Shown here in pieces: positions 39,080-48,855 of a DNA stretch of 64,000 nucleotides. The first letter of the stretch is position 1. Each line of letters begins with the position of its first letter. Both the position numbers and the translations under genes were made by a program. The notes under the pieces were generated by a model. That model did not search any database. It was given only the letters and a program-made list of their open reading frames with translations, and was not told where the DNA came from. The stretch spans positions 352,001 through 416,000 of the forward strand of contig CAVSHR010000002.1 in NCBI GenBank assembly GCA_963727625.1, read 5' to 3'. The stretch comes from an uncultured delta proteobacterium (GTDB taxonomy: Bacteria > Desulfobacterota > Binatia > UBA9968).

Positions 39080-39158
39080 CCCTCGCAAAGGCGCAAAGAC
39101 GCCAAGTTTGGAGAAGTACGAAAGAGTTTTCTTTGCGCGCTTAGCGCCTTGGCGAGGG
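39080..39158. repeat. REP-like palindrome (CGCAAAG/CTTTGCG type)
   Basis: CCCTCGCAAAGGCGCAAAGACGCCAAG...CTTTGCGCGCTTAGCGCCTTGGCGAGGG. Confidence 0.7.
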
Positions 39159-39241
39159 AATGAGTCTTGAACTCAATCTTTTAGGCCTCTCGGACGGAAG
39201 ATCCAAGGAGCGAGTTAAAACTGGCTCAGAAGGAAGTATTC

Positions 39242-40027
39242 ATGATTGAGCTCTACCACAACGACATGTCGGTCTGCGCCCAGAAGGTGCGCTTCGCCCT
39301 CGCGGAGAAAAAACTTTCATGGGACGGCCATCACATGAATCTCCGCGCCGGTGATCAGCAAAAGCCGGAATATTTAAAGCTCAATCCCAACGCGGTGGTG
39401 CCGACGCTGGTGGATGACGGCACGGTGATCATCGAGTCCACGGTGATCAACGAGTATCTCGACGACGCCTATCCCGAACCGAGACTCAAGCCGGCGGACG
39501 CCGCCGGACGCGCGCGCATGCGGCTCTGGACCAAGCAACTCGACGAAGGCGTGCACGCGGCTACCAGCGTGGTCAGCTCGGCGATCGCGTTTCGCTATCA
39601 GAAGCTCGCCATCGGCATGGAAGCCCTCGAAGAATTTCACAAGAAAATGCCCGACCCGGTGAAGCGGGAGAAGAGCTGGGAGAATGTCACCAAAGGCGTC
39701 GAATCGCGTTTCTTTCCCGAAGCGATCATGCGCTTTGAAAAGCTGCTCGCCGACATGGAAACAACTCTGGGAGATTCGCCATGGCTCGCCGGCAACGAAT
39801 TTTCGCTCGCGGATATCGGTTTCGCGCCCTACATCACCCGGCTCGATCACTTGCAATTGCAGTTTCTCTGGGACAAGCGGCCGCATATCCCCGACTGGTA
39901 CGATCGCCTGCGCGAGCGGCGGGGTTACACCGAAGCGCTGGAAAAATGGTTCAATCCGAAATATCTGCCGCTAATGAAAGAAAAGGGGCTGGAAGCTCGC
40001 GACCGAGTCAAAGAGATCGTCGGTTAG
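39242..40027 (+). CDS. Glutathione S-transferase family protein (Cys-type active site SVCAQKVR)
   Basis: EYLKLNPNAVVPTLV, IESTVINEYLD, FSLADI. Confidence 0.9.
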   Translation: MIELYHNDMSVCAQKVRFALAEKKLSWDGHHMNLRAGDQQKPEYLKLNPNAVVPTLVDDGTVIIESTVINEYLDDAYPEPRLKPADAAGRARMRLWTKQLDEGVHAATSVVSSAIAFRYQKLAIGMEALEEFHKKMPDPVKREKSWENVTKGVESRFFPEAIMRFEKLLADMETTLGDSPWLAGNEFSLADIGFAPYITRLDHLQLQFLWDKRPHIPDWYDRLRERRGYTEALEKWFNPKYLPLMKEKGLEARDRVKEIVG

Positions 40028-40143
40028 GGGATCAGTCATTAAATTACGACGAACGAGTCACGGAAGGATAAACTCTCCTGGCCGCTCAAGTTGGCCAGAC
40101 TTCAGCTCTCATTAACGGAACGGCGCTGGAAGGCGCAACCTCC

Positions 40144-40490
40144 TCATGGCTGAATGGTCTCGACGAACCCCTCTGTCGGCACTTCATGCCCTAAGCCTGA
40201 TTCTCGGGCTCCGTGGTAGATAAGATCCGCTAGCGCAGTAAATTGCGCGCCCACACCGGTACTGTTGAGGAAGAGGGTGCGTTGCTCGCGGCCTGCTCTA
40301 CCGTTTATCTTTCCCGCGACCAGCTCGCCTAGATCAGGAAATTTGTTCCAGTCGAGATCGCGCGGTGGATGATCGCGCATGACAAATCCATACTGCTTTT
40401 CCATCGAAGAAAAGTCGGTTGAAACGTATTTATGCTCCTTCTCACGAGTATGGAAGACCACCACATCGGCCTGTGCGAAACAATCGCGTA
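40144..40490 (-). pseudogene. Ornithine cyclodeaminase/mu-crystallin family C-terminal fragment
   Basis: DLGELVAGKINGR...TLFLNSTGVGAQF.A....IY..A...GLG. The 5' part is missing, cut at the transposase element's end. Confidence 0.7.
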
Positions 40491-41590
40491 GAATCTTGGG
40501 AGAATCTTGGTGTCAGACTTATTATTTAATTATTTATTTTGCCGGCTCGCAACTCTTTTAATAAGCCGCCAATATTTTTACTCAGATCGGCTTCCTGAGC
40601 CAACCTCTCTCGCAGTCGCTTTAGTCCTAAACTCAAGCTCACCTGATCACGGCCATATCGTGCTGCTACCTCGTTGAGCTTGATAGTCCCCAATTCCTGC
40701 CCGAGGTACGCTACCACCGCGCGCACAAATGACCCTCGATGTTCTTTGGTTCGTAAATGCAGAAGTTCCGCTGCGTATTCATACCGTCGAGATACCGCAC
40801 TCTCGATGGTGCTCAGATCCACTCGTATCTTCGGCGGCGAATCAAGGTCAAGATGACGATTGATTTTATCGACAAACTGATCGTCTCCTAAAAACCTTTG
40901 CTCTTTGATATCGTAAAAATCATCGCGATGTCCCGAGCCAATGCCGTCCGACACAAACTCCTTATACTTGCGGCGCGCACGCGCCATGTCGGGCGCGAAC
41001 TGCTCTAAAACCCAGTCCGTTTGGACCACGGCCGTTCCCTTCGTGGCGCCACTGTTGAGATAGTCGCGGTGGCTGCTCCAGGGATAATCCGCCGGATCGG
41101 CTACAATCTCGGACCGAACCGGATTGAGATGAAGATAGCGTACCAGTTCGAGAAGATAAGAATCTCGATCACAGAGGATGCCTTTGTAGCGTCCCTGGAA
41201 TAGGTGGCCAACAAGCTTGTACTTGCGATTGAAGTACAAGGTGTAGCTTTGCTGCAAGCCCTGCATGATCTTGGCTAGCGGGTACTTTGCGACTTGCATC
41301 AAAAGATGCACGTGGTTGGTCATCAAGACGTAAGCATAAAGTTGAAATTGGTAGCGTCTGCCGTACTGGTTGAGCAACTTCAGATAGCGCCGCCGATCGG
41401 TATCGGCGCGAAAAATGATCTGGCGCTGGTTGCCGCGACAAATCACATGGTAAAGCGCACCAGGGTAGTGCACTCTCGGCTTTCTGGCCACGGATTTTGG
41501 AATATCACGACAGCAACGCTGAATGCAAGAAATAAATATATAAATGTCTGACACCAATTTCCCACCATTTCCCCAATTTCCCCAATTCTT
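40490..41590. mobile_element. RAYT/HUH-Y1 transposase element with terminal inverted repeats
   Basis: TTGGTGTCAGAC (40507-40518) and GTCTGACACCAA (41546-41557) in inverted orientation, with AT-rich inner flanks around the transposase. Confidence 0.75.
40526..41491 (-). CDS. REP-associated tyrosine transposase (RAYT, Y1 HUH) with C-terminal DnaA-like HTH
   Basis: GTG start; ARKPR..YPGALYHVICRGN, YVLMTNHVHLL (HUH), GHLFQGRY, YLHLNPV, YPWSS. Confidence 0.9.
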   Translation of the reverse strand: MARKPRVHYPGALYHVICRGNQRQIIFRADTDRRRYLKLLNQYGRRYQFQLYAYVLMTNHVHLLMQVAKYPLAKIMQGLQQSYTLYFNRKYKLVGHLFQGRYKGILCDRDSYLLELVRYLHLNPVRSEIVADPADYPWSSHRDYLNSGATKGTAVVQTDWVLEQFAPDMARARRKYKEFVSDGIGSGHRDDFYDIKEQRFLGDDQFVDKINRHLDLDSPPKIRVDLSTIESAVSRRYEYAAELLHLRTKEHRGSFVRAVVAYLGQELGTIKLNEVAARYGRDQVSLSLGLKRLRERLAQEADLSKNIGGLLKELRAGKINN

Positions 41591-41898
41591 TCACAAGATG
41601 AATGACGTACAGGATCGGAGCGTGAAAAACCGCACCAAGGATTAGCGTGAGATTGAGGAGCGGATAGCGTGACGGCAATACGTCGGATGCAATCCAGATG
41701 AGGAGGATGATCGCTGCGAAGTTCCACCAACTCATCCCGGTCATGAACGCGCGACGAACTGTGTCAATGGTCATGGGTCTTTTGCTTAGCTCTGTGCGCA
41801 CACACAAAGTCACCGGCCGGGGGCCGTTGTGAGCATACCGCCATTTACCTAGGGTCCATGTTCTTAAGCCAAGAGAAAAGTAGTTTTCTCAGTCCGCT

Positions 41899-42723
41899 TT
41901 AGGCATTAGGTTTTACGGCTACCACTTCGATCAAGCTGACTCGTTCCTCATCAAGATTACGATGCAGATTGTAGGCCTTGGTTTTGATATCGTTTCCGAC
42001 TAGCAGGTGTACGCCCAGTATTGGCAGAACCGGCTCGCCGATGGGTTCCGCCACATTGGCAAAGGCCTGCTGTGCAAGATCCGTTTTGTCATTCGAAACT
42101 TTAATATCAAAACCGGCGGATGTTACGACATCGCAGAATGACTCTGGCGGTATCAGAAAGCTCATGGAACTGTCTTGCGCCCACGGCACCGGAAAATACG
42201 GCGGTGTGTTTTTATTGCCGCACACCTCGTACAAAACAGCACGCGCGCCTGGTTTGAGCACACGATAAGTTTCCTTTAGCCACGACAGCTTGTCCTCGAC
42301 GTTCATGTTCATCTGGAGTGACCAGGCGCCGTCAAAGGAATTGTCGTCAAACGGCAAGTCGAGCGCACTCGTCGCATGGAACTTTACCCGCTCCTGCATA
42401 TTGAGTAATTGCGTCAATCTTTCTGCGGTTTCAATGTATTCTTCACTCAAATCAATACCGGTCACACGACATCCGGTTTGATGCGACAAGCGACGGGTGG
42501 AGCCGCCGATTCCGCAACCGACATCCAGGATATGCATCTCTGGTGTAAAGCCGGCAAGTTTAATCAGCTCTTTGGTTGCGGTGTCACCGCGGATATGAAA
42601 TTCGTCAACGGGCTGAAGATCATCCAGTGTGATTTTCGACAAATCCTTGCCAAGTTTATTAAGGCCATCAATGATCCTGTTGTACAAATCATTCGGCGAG
42701 TAATAACTGTGAATGTTTTTCAT
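41899..42723 (-). CDS. Class I SAM-dependent methyltransferase
   Basis: DEFHIRG, ILDVGCGIGG, VTGIDLS, LPFDDNSFD, RVLKPG. Confidence 0.9.
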   Translation of the reverse strand: MKNIHSYYSPNDLYNRIIDGLNKLGKDLSKITLDDLQPVDEFHIRGDTATKELIKLAGFTPEMHILDVGCGIGGSTRRLSHQTGCRVTGIDLSEEYIETAERLTQLLNMQERVKFHATSALDLPFDDNSFDGAWSLQMNMNVEDKLSWLKETYRVLKPGARAVLYEVCGNKNTPPYFPVPWAQDSSMSFLIPPESFCDVVTSAGFDIKVSNDKTDLAQQAFANVAEPIGEPVLPILGVHLLVGNDIKTKAYNLHRNLDEERVSLIEVVAVKPNA

Positions 42724-42952
42724 ATCTTTAATCCTGATCAGTTAGTTGTTTAAACAGCTTGTCGCAGCAATCCATGCTTTTCATAACCATGAGGCTAATT
42801 AAAGGGGACATTCTGAATTTCTGTTTCTTTTCTCGTCAACCTTGTCGTCTTAGGCTTGCGCCTAAACCATTGCGTCTAGATCTGTGCCCGCCCGGTCCTC
42901 TTGCTCCCCCTCCCGTTTCCGCAGTAGAGATTGAAGGGGAAGGGGCCGGACT

Positions 42953-44110
42953 ATGAAATTCTCAATCTTCATGATGCCGCTGCACCATCCGACGGAAAAT
43001 CCGTCGTTGGCCTTCGATCGCGACATTTCATTGATCGAGTATACCGACGAGCTCGGCTACGACGAGTTCTTCATCGGCGAGCATCATTCGGGCGGGTGGG
43101 AGACCATGCCGGCGCCGGAGATGGCGCTGGCGAAGGCGTCAGCGCGCGCGCACCGCATCCGCCTCGGGACTTCGGTCATAAGCGCGCCGTTTCATCATCC
43201 CTTTCATGTCGCCGAGCGCATGGCGTTCCTCGACCATTTGACTCGCGGTCGCGCTATTCTCGGCGTCGGACCTTGCGCCCTGGTCACCGACAAAAAACTT
43301 TTCGGCCTGCCTAATGAAAAACTGTACCCGATGCTCGCTGAGTCGGTGGATATCATCGTTCGCCTTTTGGAATCTCCTGATCCCATCGACTACGAAGGCA
43401 AATTCTGGTCTTTCAAGCAGATGCGCTTGCAGTTGCGCTCGTACCAGCAACCGCGCATGCCGCTGGCGATCGCTTCGTCGGGTAATGCGATCAGTTTGGA
43501 GCTGGCGGGCAAACACGGCATGTTATTCCTGTCGCCGGCGGGTAAAAACATCCGAAACAATCAATCAAAGGCCGAGCAATGGAACAAAGTCGAGGCGATT
43601 GCGGCGAAACATGGCACGGCGACGTCGCGGGACAATTGGCGCATCGCTACCTGCGTTTATCTGGCCGACAGTAAGGAGAAAGCGTGGCGCGACGTCGGGG
43701 CGGCAATCGATCGCGACAAGGAGTACTTCTTCTCGATCGGCTTGAAGGCGCCCTATGAAGCCTATCCCGGCCAGCCGGCCGGTGAAATTACCGCGCGCTC
43801 CGGAGCCGACCGGCGCGACTGGATCATCGGCACGCCGGACGACGCCATCGGTCACATCGAGCGCATGCAGGCGGAGACCGGGGGTTTCGGCGGGCTGATG
43901 CTGGCGACGCATGAATGGGCGAGCACGGAGAAACTGCGCCGCTCCTATGAGTTGTTCGCGCGCTACGTGATGCCGCACTTTCGCGGCCATACGCTGGGCT
44001 ACCGCGACGAGTGGCGGCGCATTCAAGAGGCGGCGGCCAACGGCGGCTTCAAATCCGACGACCCGAAGAGACCAAGCAATCTCGTGCTCAGGGACGGGTC
44101 GAGCAAGTGA
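42953..44110 (+). CDS. Luciferase-like (LLM) flavin-dependent monooxygenase
   Basis: FMMPLH, GYDEFFIGEHHS, IRLGTSV, LDHLTRGR..LGVG, ELFARYVMPHF. Confidence 0.92.
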   Translation: MKFSIFMMPLHHPTENPSLAFDRDISLIEYTDELGYDEFFIGEHHSGGWETMPAPEMALAKASARAHRIRLGTSVISAPFHHPFHVAERMAFLDHLTRGRAILGVGPCALVTDKKLFGLPNEKLYPMLAESVDIIVRLLESPDPIDYEGKFWSFKQMRLQLRSYQQPRMPLAIASSGNAISLELAGKHGMLFLSPAGKNIRNNQSKAEQWNKVEAIAAKHGTATSRDNWRIATCVYLADSKEKAWRDVGAAIDRDKEYFFSIGLKAPYEAYPGQPAGEITARSGADRRDWIIGTPDDAIGHIERMQAETGGFGGLMLATHEWASTEKLRRSYELFARYVMPHFRGHTLGYRDEWRRIQEAAANGGFKSDDPKRPSNLVLRDGSSK

Positions 44111-44124
44111 TCGGAGTCTAAAGT

Positions 44125-44829
44125 TTGCATACGAAGTGGGACTGGGAAAGCGTCCTTGGCGCGCGTGTGCGGGAAACCATGGCGTCGGTCGACATGGAGC
44201 GCTATTTCGACGTAAAAATGACCAAAACGCGTGCGCGCATCGCGCTGCTGCAGCTCAGTCTATTTGTCAGTTGCCGGCGCGATTGTTGGGCGAATTTGAT
44301 CGCCAATTGCGACGCGCCGGCGATTCGGCAGAAATTGATGGAACACGAGTACGACGAGCTGGTGGAGGATGAATACAGCGCCAAAGGCCACTACGATCTG
44401 CTCATCCGTCAAGGGGCGCTGATCGGCTTGACCGCCGACGACTTCGCGAACGTTCAACCGCTGCGCACCAGCATGGCAACTTTTTATGGCTGGAAGTGGA
44501 TCACCCGCGCGGGTTCTTGGCAAGATGGACTGATCGCGATGATGGCGACCGAGTGGGTGAACGACGACCGCCGCCTGATGGACCAGGGGGGCGGCTTGTC
44601 GCGGCGCGACGGCCTGCGCTGGATTCGCGACTTCGGTTACCAGTGGGAGGAGATGCCCAACTTCGCCGCGCATGCCGTGGCGGATGAGAAGCACGGCGAT
44701 CTCTTCCTGCCGCTGTTGGATAAATTCATTCCGAATCGGGAAAGTGCGCTCAAAATGGCCGACGACGCCATGGAATTGTTCAAGCTGTATCATCTGGGTG
44801 TCGCCGAAGAGATAGAGAGATCGGATTAA
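44125..44829 (+). CDS. Heme-oxygenase-like dimetal enzyme (PqqC/CADD/TenA-like)
   Basis: EHEYDEL...HYDL, ATE, HAVADEKH metal-ligand pattern. Start codon uncertain. Confidence 0.7.
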   Translation: MHTKWDWESVLGARVRETMASVDMERYFDVKMTKTRARIALLQLSLFVSCRRDCWANLIANCDAPAIRQKLMEHEYDELVEDEYSAKGHYDLLIRQGALIGLTADDFANVQPLRTSMATFYGWKWITRAGSWQDGLIAMMATEWVNDDRRLMDQGGGLSRRDGLRWIRDFGYQWEEMPNFAAHAVADEKHGDLFLPLLDKFIPNRESALKMADDAMELFKLYHLGVAEEIERSD

Positions 44830-44931
44830 TTCGAATTCGCCGCAGAGCCGGATTCGGTAAATTAACAAAACATTAAATGTCGATGCGCCGCCTCACCAGC
44901 CCTCTGACCACAATCCGAGATCATTGAACTT

Positions 44932-46167
44932 TTGAACCTTGAACCCTTGAACGGCAACCTCCGACGTTTCTTTCCCCGCGTTCCGTTCGCCGTGCCATTT
45001 TGGAACGGCGAAACTTATCGCCAGGTACTACGCTGCTGCTTTTCCGGCCGCGTCGTCGCCGGTTCACAACTCGCTCAACTTAGATCGCAAATTATGATCG
45101 CCATCGGAGTAAAGGATGCCTTGCTCTGCGGCTCGGGAAGCCTCGCTCTCGAAATCGCCCTGCGCGCGTGCGAGGTTCGACCGGGCGATGAAGTGGTGCT
45201 GCCGGCTTTTTGTTGCAGCGCGGTGGCGGCGCCGGTGCTTGCGGTGGGCGCTATTCCGGTGCTCGCCGACGTGGGTGACGAACTCAATCTCACCGCCGAA
45301 ACTGTCGACGCGGCACTGACGGGAAAAACCAGAGCGATCATCGTGCCGCACCTCTTCGGCAATCCCGCCGACATTGACGCAATCGTCGAATTCGCTCGAC
45401 CGCGAAATATCCGCGTCATCGACGACGCCGCGCAGGCACTGGGTGCGAATATCGGCGGCCGCGCCGTCGGCAGCTTCGGCGATGCGGGGATCGTGAGCTT
45501 TGGCCGGGAAAAGGTCTGTTTCGGTATCGGCGGCGGGGCGCTGGTTTCACGGAACAAAAAACTCATTGGCGATATCGATCTGGCGCGGCTCCCGCCCGGC
45601 GGTTCACTGCCGGTGTTGAAAGACTTTTTTTCGACCCTGGTTTGGCGCCGCTGGCGGCGTTGGAGCGCACCGCTGGCAAGAATTTTTGAGAATTCTAAAA
45701 ACACTGGCCCTTATCTGCCGCCGAGCCCCTATCGCGTGGAGGCGATGGTCAACCTCAAGTCCGCGGTTGCCGTGAGTCTCATGCAAACCATAGCCGAGAA
45801 CATCGCGGCGCGGCGCGCGCGGGTCGAGGTTTATCAGGAGCTTCTCGGCGGCTCTGCGCGGCTGGAATTGATCGCGCACCGCGCAGGCTCGGCTTGCTTG
45901 GCGCAGGTGGTTCGGGTATTGCCAAAACATCGCAATGATGATGCAGCTTCGCGAGCGCTCGGCGCGCTCGGCGCCGCCGGGTATGAAATCCGCGGCAGCT
46001 ATGTGCCGATTCATCTGCTTTCGCAGTTTCCACAATGCGTCTGGGATAGTCTTCCGCGTACCGAACGGGTCTGGGCCGATCTGATCGAACTGCCGTGTGA
46101 GCCGAACATGCCGTTGCGCGAAGCCGAACGTATCGCTGTCATCGTTCGGCGGATGCTCGACTCCTGA
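44932..46167 (+). CDS. DegT/DnrJ/EryC1/StrS PLP-dependent aminotransferase
   Basis: SGSLAL..AL, PGDEV, HLFGNP, IDDAAQALG, SFGREK. Confidence 0.85.
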   Translation: MNLEPLNGNLRRFFPRVPFAVPFWNGETYRQVLRCCFSGRVVAGSQLAQLRSQIMIAIGVKDALLCGSGSLALEIALRACEVRPGDEVVLPAFCCSAVAAPVLAVGAIPVLADVGDELNLTAETVDAALTGKTRAIIVPHLFGNPADIDAIVEFARPRNIRVIDDAAQALGANIGGRAVGSFGDAGIVSFGREKVCFGIGGGALVSRNKKLIGDIDLARLPPGGSLPVLKDFFSTLVWRRWRRWSAPLARIFENSKNTGPYLPPSPYRVEAMVNLKSAVAVSLMQTIAENIAARRARVEVYQELLGGSARLELIAHRAGSACLAQVVRVLPKHRNDDAASRALGALGAAGYEIRGSYVPIHLLSQFPQCVWDSLPRTERVWADLIELPCEPNMPLREAERIAVIVRRMLDS

Positions 46168-46230
46168 GCGGGCGACGTTATTTTTCGCTCGGTCCGCTCG
46201 ACCGAAGCGGGAAAATTATGCTAACGCTCG

Positions 46231-48855
46231 ATGGAGATGGATTGGGTGATCCAGAGTTTAGCTCAGCGAACGCGGAGCGCTTGTTCCCTTTGGACGGTCA
46301 TGGCGCTTGTGCTCATGTCCGGGTGCAGCTTCAATGCGACCGTTGGCGGTGATCGGCCGGTCGCTTTCACATCCGTGCGCTCGGATGGATTCACCAACTT
46401 CGAGACCGAACCGGTGCGCCCGCTGGCGCTCTCTGCGGATGGAAATTATCTCTACGTTCTTAACACGGCGGACGATCGACTGGAGATCTTCGACGCTCGC
46501 GGCGATACGTTGCGTTCCGTGGGCGAGACTGCGGTCGGCTTGCGGCCCGTGGCGCTTGTGCTGCGCGGCAACCAGGCGTGGGTGGTCAATCATCTTTCCG
46601 ATTCCGTCAGCGTGGTCGACGTCGCAGATCCGCACCGGCCGCGCGTGATTCATACCTTGCAAGTTGGCGACGAGCCCCGTGGGATCGTCGCCGCTGGGAT
46701 CAAGCGCGAGAGAATCTTTGTCGCCACCGCGCGGCGCGGTGAAAGCCTCACCCCGGGTATTGGCCGCGCCCAACTGTGGATGTTCGACGCCACGCAACCG
46801 AAGGCGCCTGCCAAGATCTTGACGCTGTTCGGCTCCAAGCCGCGCGCGCTCGCGGCTTCTGCCGACGGGCGGCAAGTTTACGCAGCGGTTTTTCATTCGG
46901 GCAATGGCACGGCCACGGTATCCGGCGAAGACGCGGTGCGCCTCGGGCGCGCAAAGCAACTCTATTTCCCCGATATTCCCTACTCGGCTGTTCCCAAACA
47001 GGGCGCCATCGTGCGCCGTGTAGACGGCCGTTGGCAGGATCACGACAAGCGGGATTGGAGCTCGGTGGTACCGTTTGATCTGCCGGATTACGATGTATTC
47101 GTGATTGCCGCTGCCGATGAAGATCCAAGAGTGGTCGAAACGGTCTCTAACGTCGGCACCGTGCTGTTCAATCTCGCGGTTCAGCCGGGCAGCGGCGAGG
47201 TCTGGGTCAGCAACACCGAAGCCTTTAATGTCCTTCCCTACGAGCCGCGCCTGCAAGGAAGATTCGCGGCGAATCGCATTACCCGCATTTTTGCCGGGCC
47301 GGGACATCGCGTCGAGGCAGTCGATCTAAACCCGCATATTGATCGGCGCGCAGCGGGATCACACGCCGAGCGGGAACAGAGCTTGGCTCAGCCGCTCGAT
47401 CTGGTATTTCAACCGGACGGCAGCCAGGCGTACGTGGCCGCGTTCGGATCGAGGAAAGTCGGCGTGCTCGACGGTGCCGGTCGGGTCATCGACCGCATCG
47501 ACGTAGGGTTCGGTCCGGGCGGGCTGGCGCTCGATGCTAAGCGCCATCGACTCTACGTTCTCAATTGCTTTGACGCGACGATTTCGCTGGTCGATTTGCG
47601 CCAGCGTCGCGCCGTCGCGACGGTCCCGTTACGCTATGATCCTACGCCACCGCCCATCAAACGCGGCCGAGTTCTTCTCTACGACGCCGCGCGAACTTCC
47701 CGTCACGGCGATCTATCCTGCGCCACCTGTCATGTGTTCGGCGATAGGGATGGCTTAGCCTGGGATCTCAGCGATCCTAACGGGCCAAACATCGATTATC
47801 CGGTGGCATTGAGGAATAGCGGTCTGGCGGAACCGAAACAAGCGCTGCATCCGCTCAAAGGTCCGATGGTGACGCAGAGTTTGCGCGGCTTGGTGAACAG
47901 CGCGCCATTTCATTGGCGCGGCGATCGCTTTGGAAATCCCATTGCTCCCGGCGGTGATATCGCCAGCTTCAAGGATTTCAATCCAGCGTTCGTCGATCTG
48001 CTCGGCCGCTCGAAACCGGTTGCGGATTCGACGATGGATGCCTTCGCTCGTTTCGCGATGACGATTCGCTATCCTCCCAATCCGAACCAGCGGCTCGACC
48101 GGCGCCTCGATGCCGAGCAGCAGGCAGGCTTCAATTTTTTTACCGGGCCGTTTTTTTCCGATAGCGGGGAGCAGAACTGCGTAAGTTGCCATGCTTTGCC
48201 ACTGGGCACCAACCGCCTAGTCAACTTTGAAGGGCCGCAGGTCGGCAGGGACATGAAGACCGCCCATCTGCGCGACGTGTATGAAAAAGTTGGGCGATTC
48301 AATGTGCCGGGCCCGCAAGTCTCCGGGTTCGGGTTGCTCCATGACGGCGCTTTCGACACCGTGGTCAACTTCCTTCGTCTGGATATTTTCCTCTTCCCGG
48401 GAGACAGCGTAGAAGAAAAAGATCGGATGCGCCGTTTGCTTGAAAGTTACATCATGGCGTTCGACACGGGCATGGCTCCGGCGGTGGGACGGCAAGTTAC
48501 GGCCTCCGGGCCGATACGCGTCGAAGATCGCCGCGTTCTTGCGCTGCTCATGCAGCGCTCGCTTGCCGGCGACTGCGACTTGATCGCCAAAGGTTGGGAA
48601 GGAAACATCCAGCGAGGTTGGCTGCTGCGCGGCGAACGGTTCGCCGCCGACCGGCGCGGCCAAACCGCGCTGGGGCTCGACGCTTTACTAGAGCGCTACA
48701 ACAGCATCGGCGAACCGCTTACCTTTACTTGCGTTCCGCCGGGCGACGGCCGGCGCAGCGCGCTGGACCGGGATCTGGATGGCCGTTTGGACGGAGACGA
48801 AACCCCGATCGGTAGTGCTCGCGCCAATGCTGAAAAAATGCCGGCATTGCAATGA
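46231..48855 (+). CDS. Secreted YVTN beta-propeller fused to a di-heme cytochrome c (CcP/MauG-like) domain
   Basis: Lipobox-like MSGC; WVVNHLSDSVSVVD repeats; CATCH and CVSCH; FHWRGDR; DRDLDG C-terminal motif. Confidence 0.8.
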   Translation: MEMDWVIQSLAQRTRSACSLWTVMALVLMSGCSFNATVGGDRPVAFTSVRSDGFTNFETEPVRPLALSADGNYLYVLNTADDRLEIFDARGDTLRSVGETAVGLRPVALVLRGNQAWVVNHLSDSVSVVDVADPHRPRVIHTLQVGDEPRGIVAAGIKRERIFVATARRGESLTPGIGRAQLWMFDATQPKAPAKILTLFGSKPRALAASADGRQVYAAVFHSGNGTATVSGEDAVRLGRAKQLYFPDIPYSAVPKQGAIVRRVDGRWQDHDKRDWSSVVPFDLPDYDVFVIAAADEDPRVVETVSNVGTVLFNLAVQPGSGEVWVSNTEAFNVLPYEPRLQGRFAANRITRIFAGPGHRVEAVDLNPHIDRRAAGSHAEREQSLAQPLDLVFQPDGSQAYVAAFGSRKVGVLDGAGRVIDRIDVGFGPGGLALDAKRHRLYVLNCFDATISLVDLRQRRAVATVPLRYDPTPPPIKRGRVLLYDAARTSRHGDLSCATCHVFGDRDGLAWDLSDPNGPNIDYPVALRNSGLAEPKQALHPLKGPMVTQSLRGLVNSAPFHWRGDRFGNPIAPGGDIASFKDFNPAFVDLLGRSKPVADSTMDAFARFAMTIRYPPNPNQRLDRRLDAEQQAGFNFFTGPFFSDSGEQNCVSCHALPLGTNRLVNFEGPQVGRDMKTAHLRDVYEKVGRFNVPGPQVSGFGLLHDGAFDTVVNFLRLDIFLFPGDSVEEKDRMRRLLESYIMAFDTGMAPAVGRQVTASGPIRVEDRRVLALLMQRSLAGDCDLIAKGWEGNIQRGWLLRGERFAADRRGQTALGLDALLERYNSIGEPLTFTCVPPGDGRRSALDRDLDGRLDGDETPIGSARANAEKMPALQ

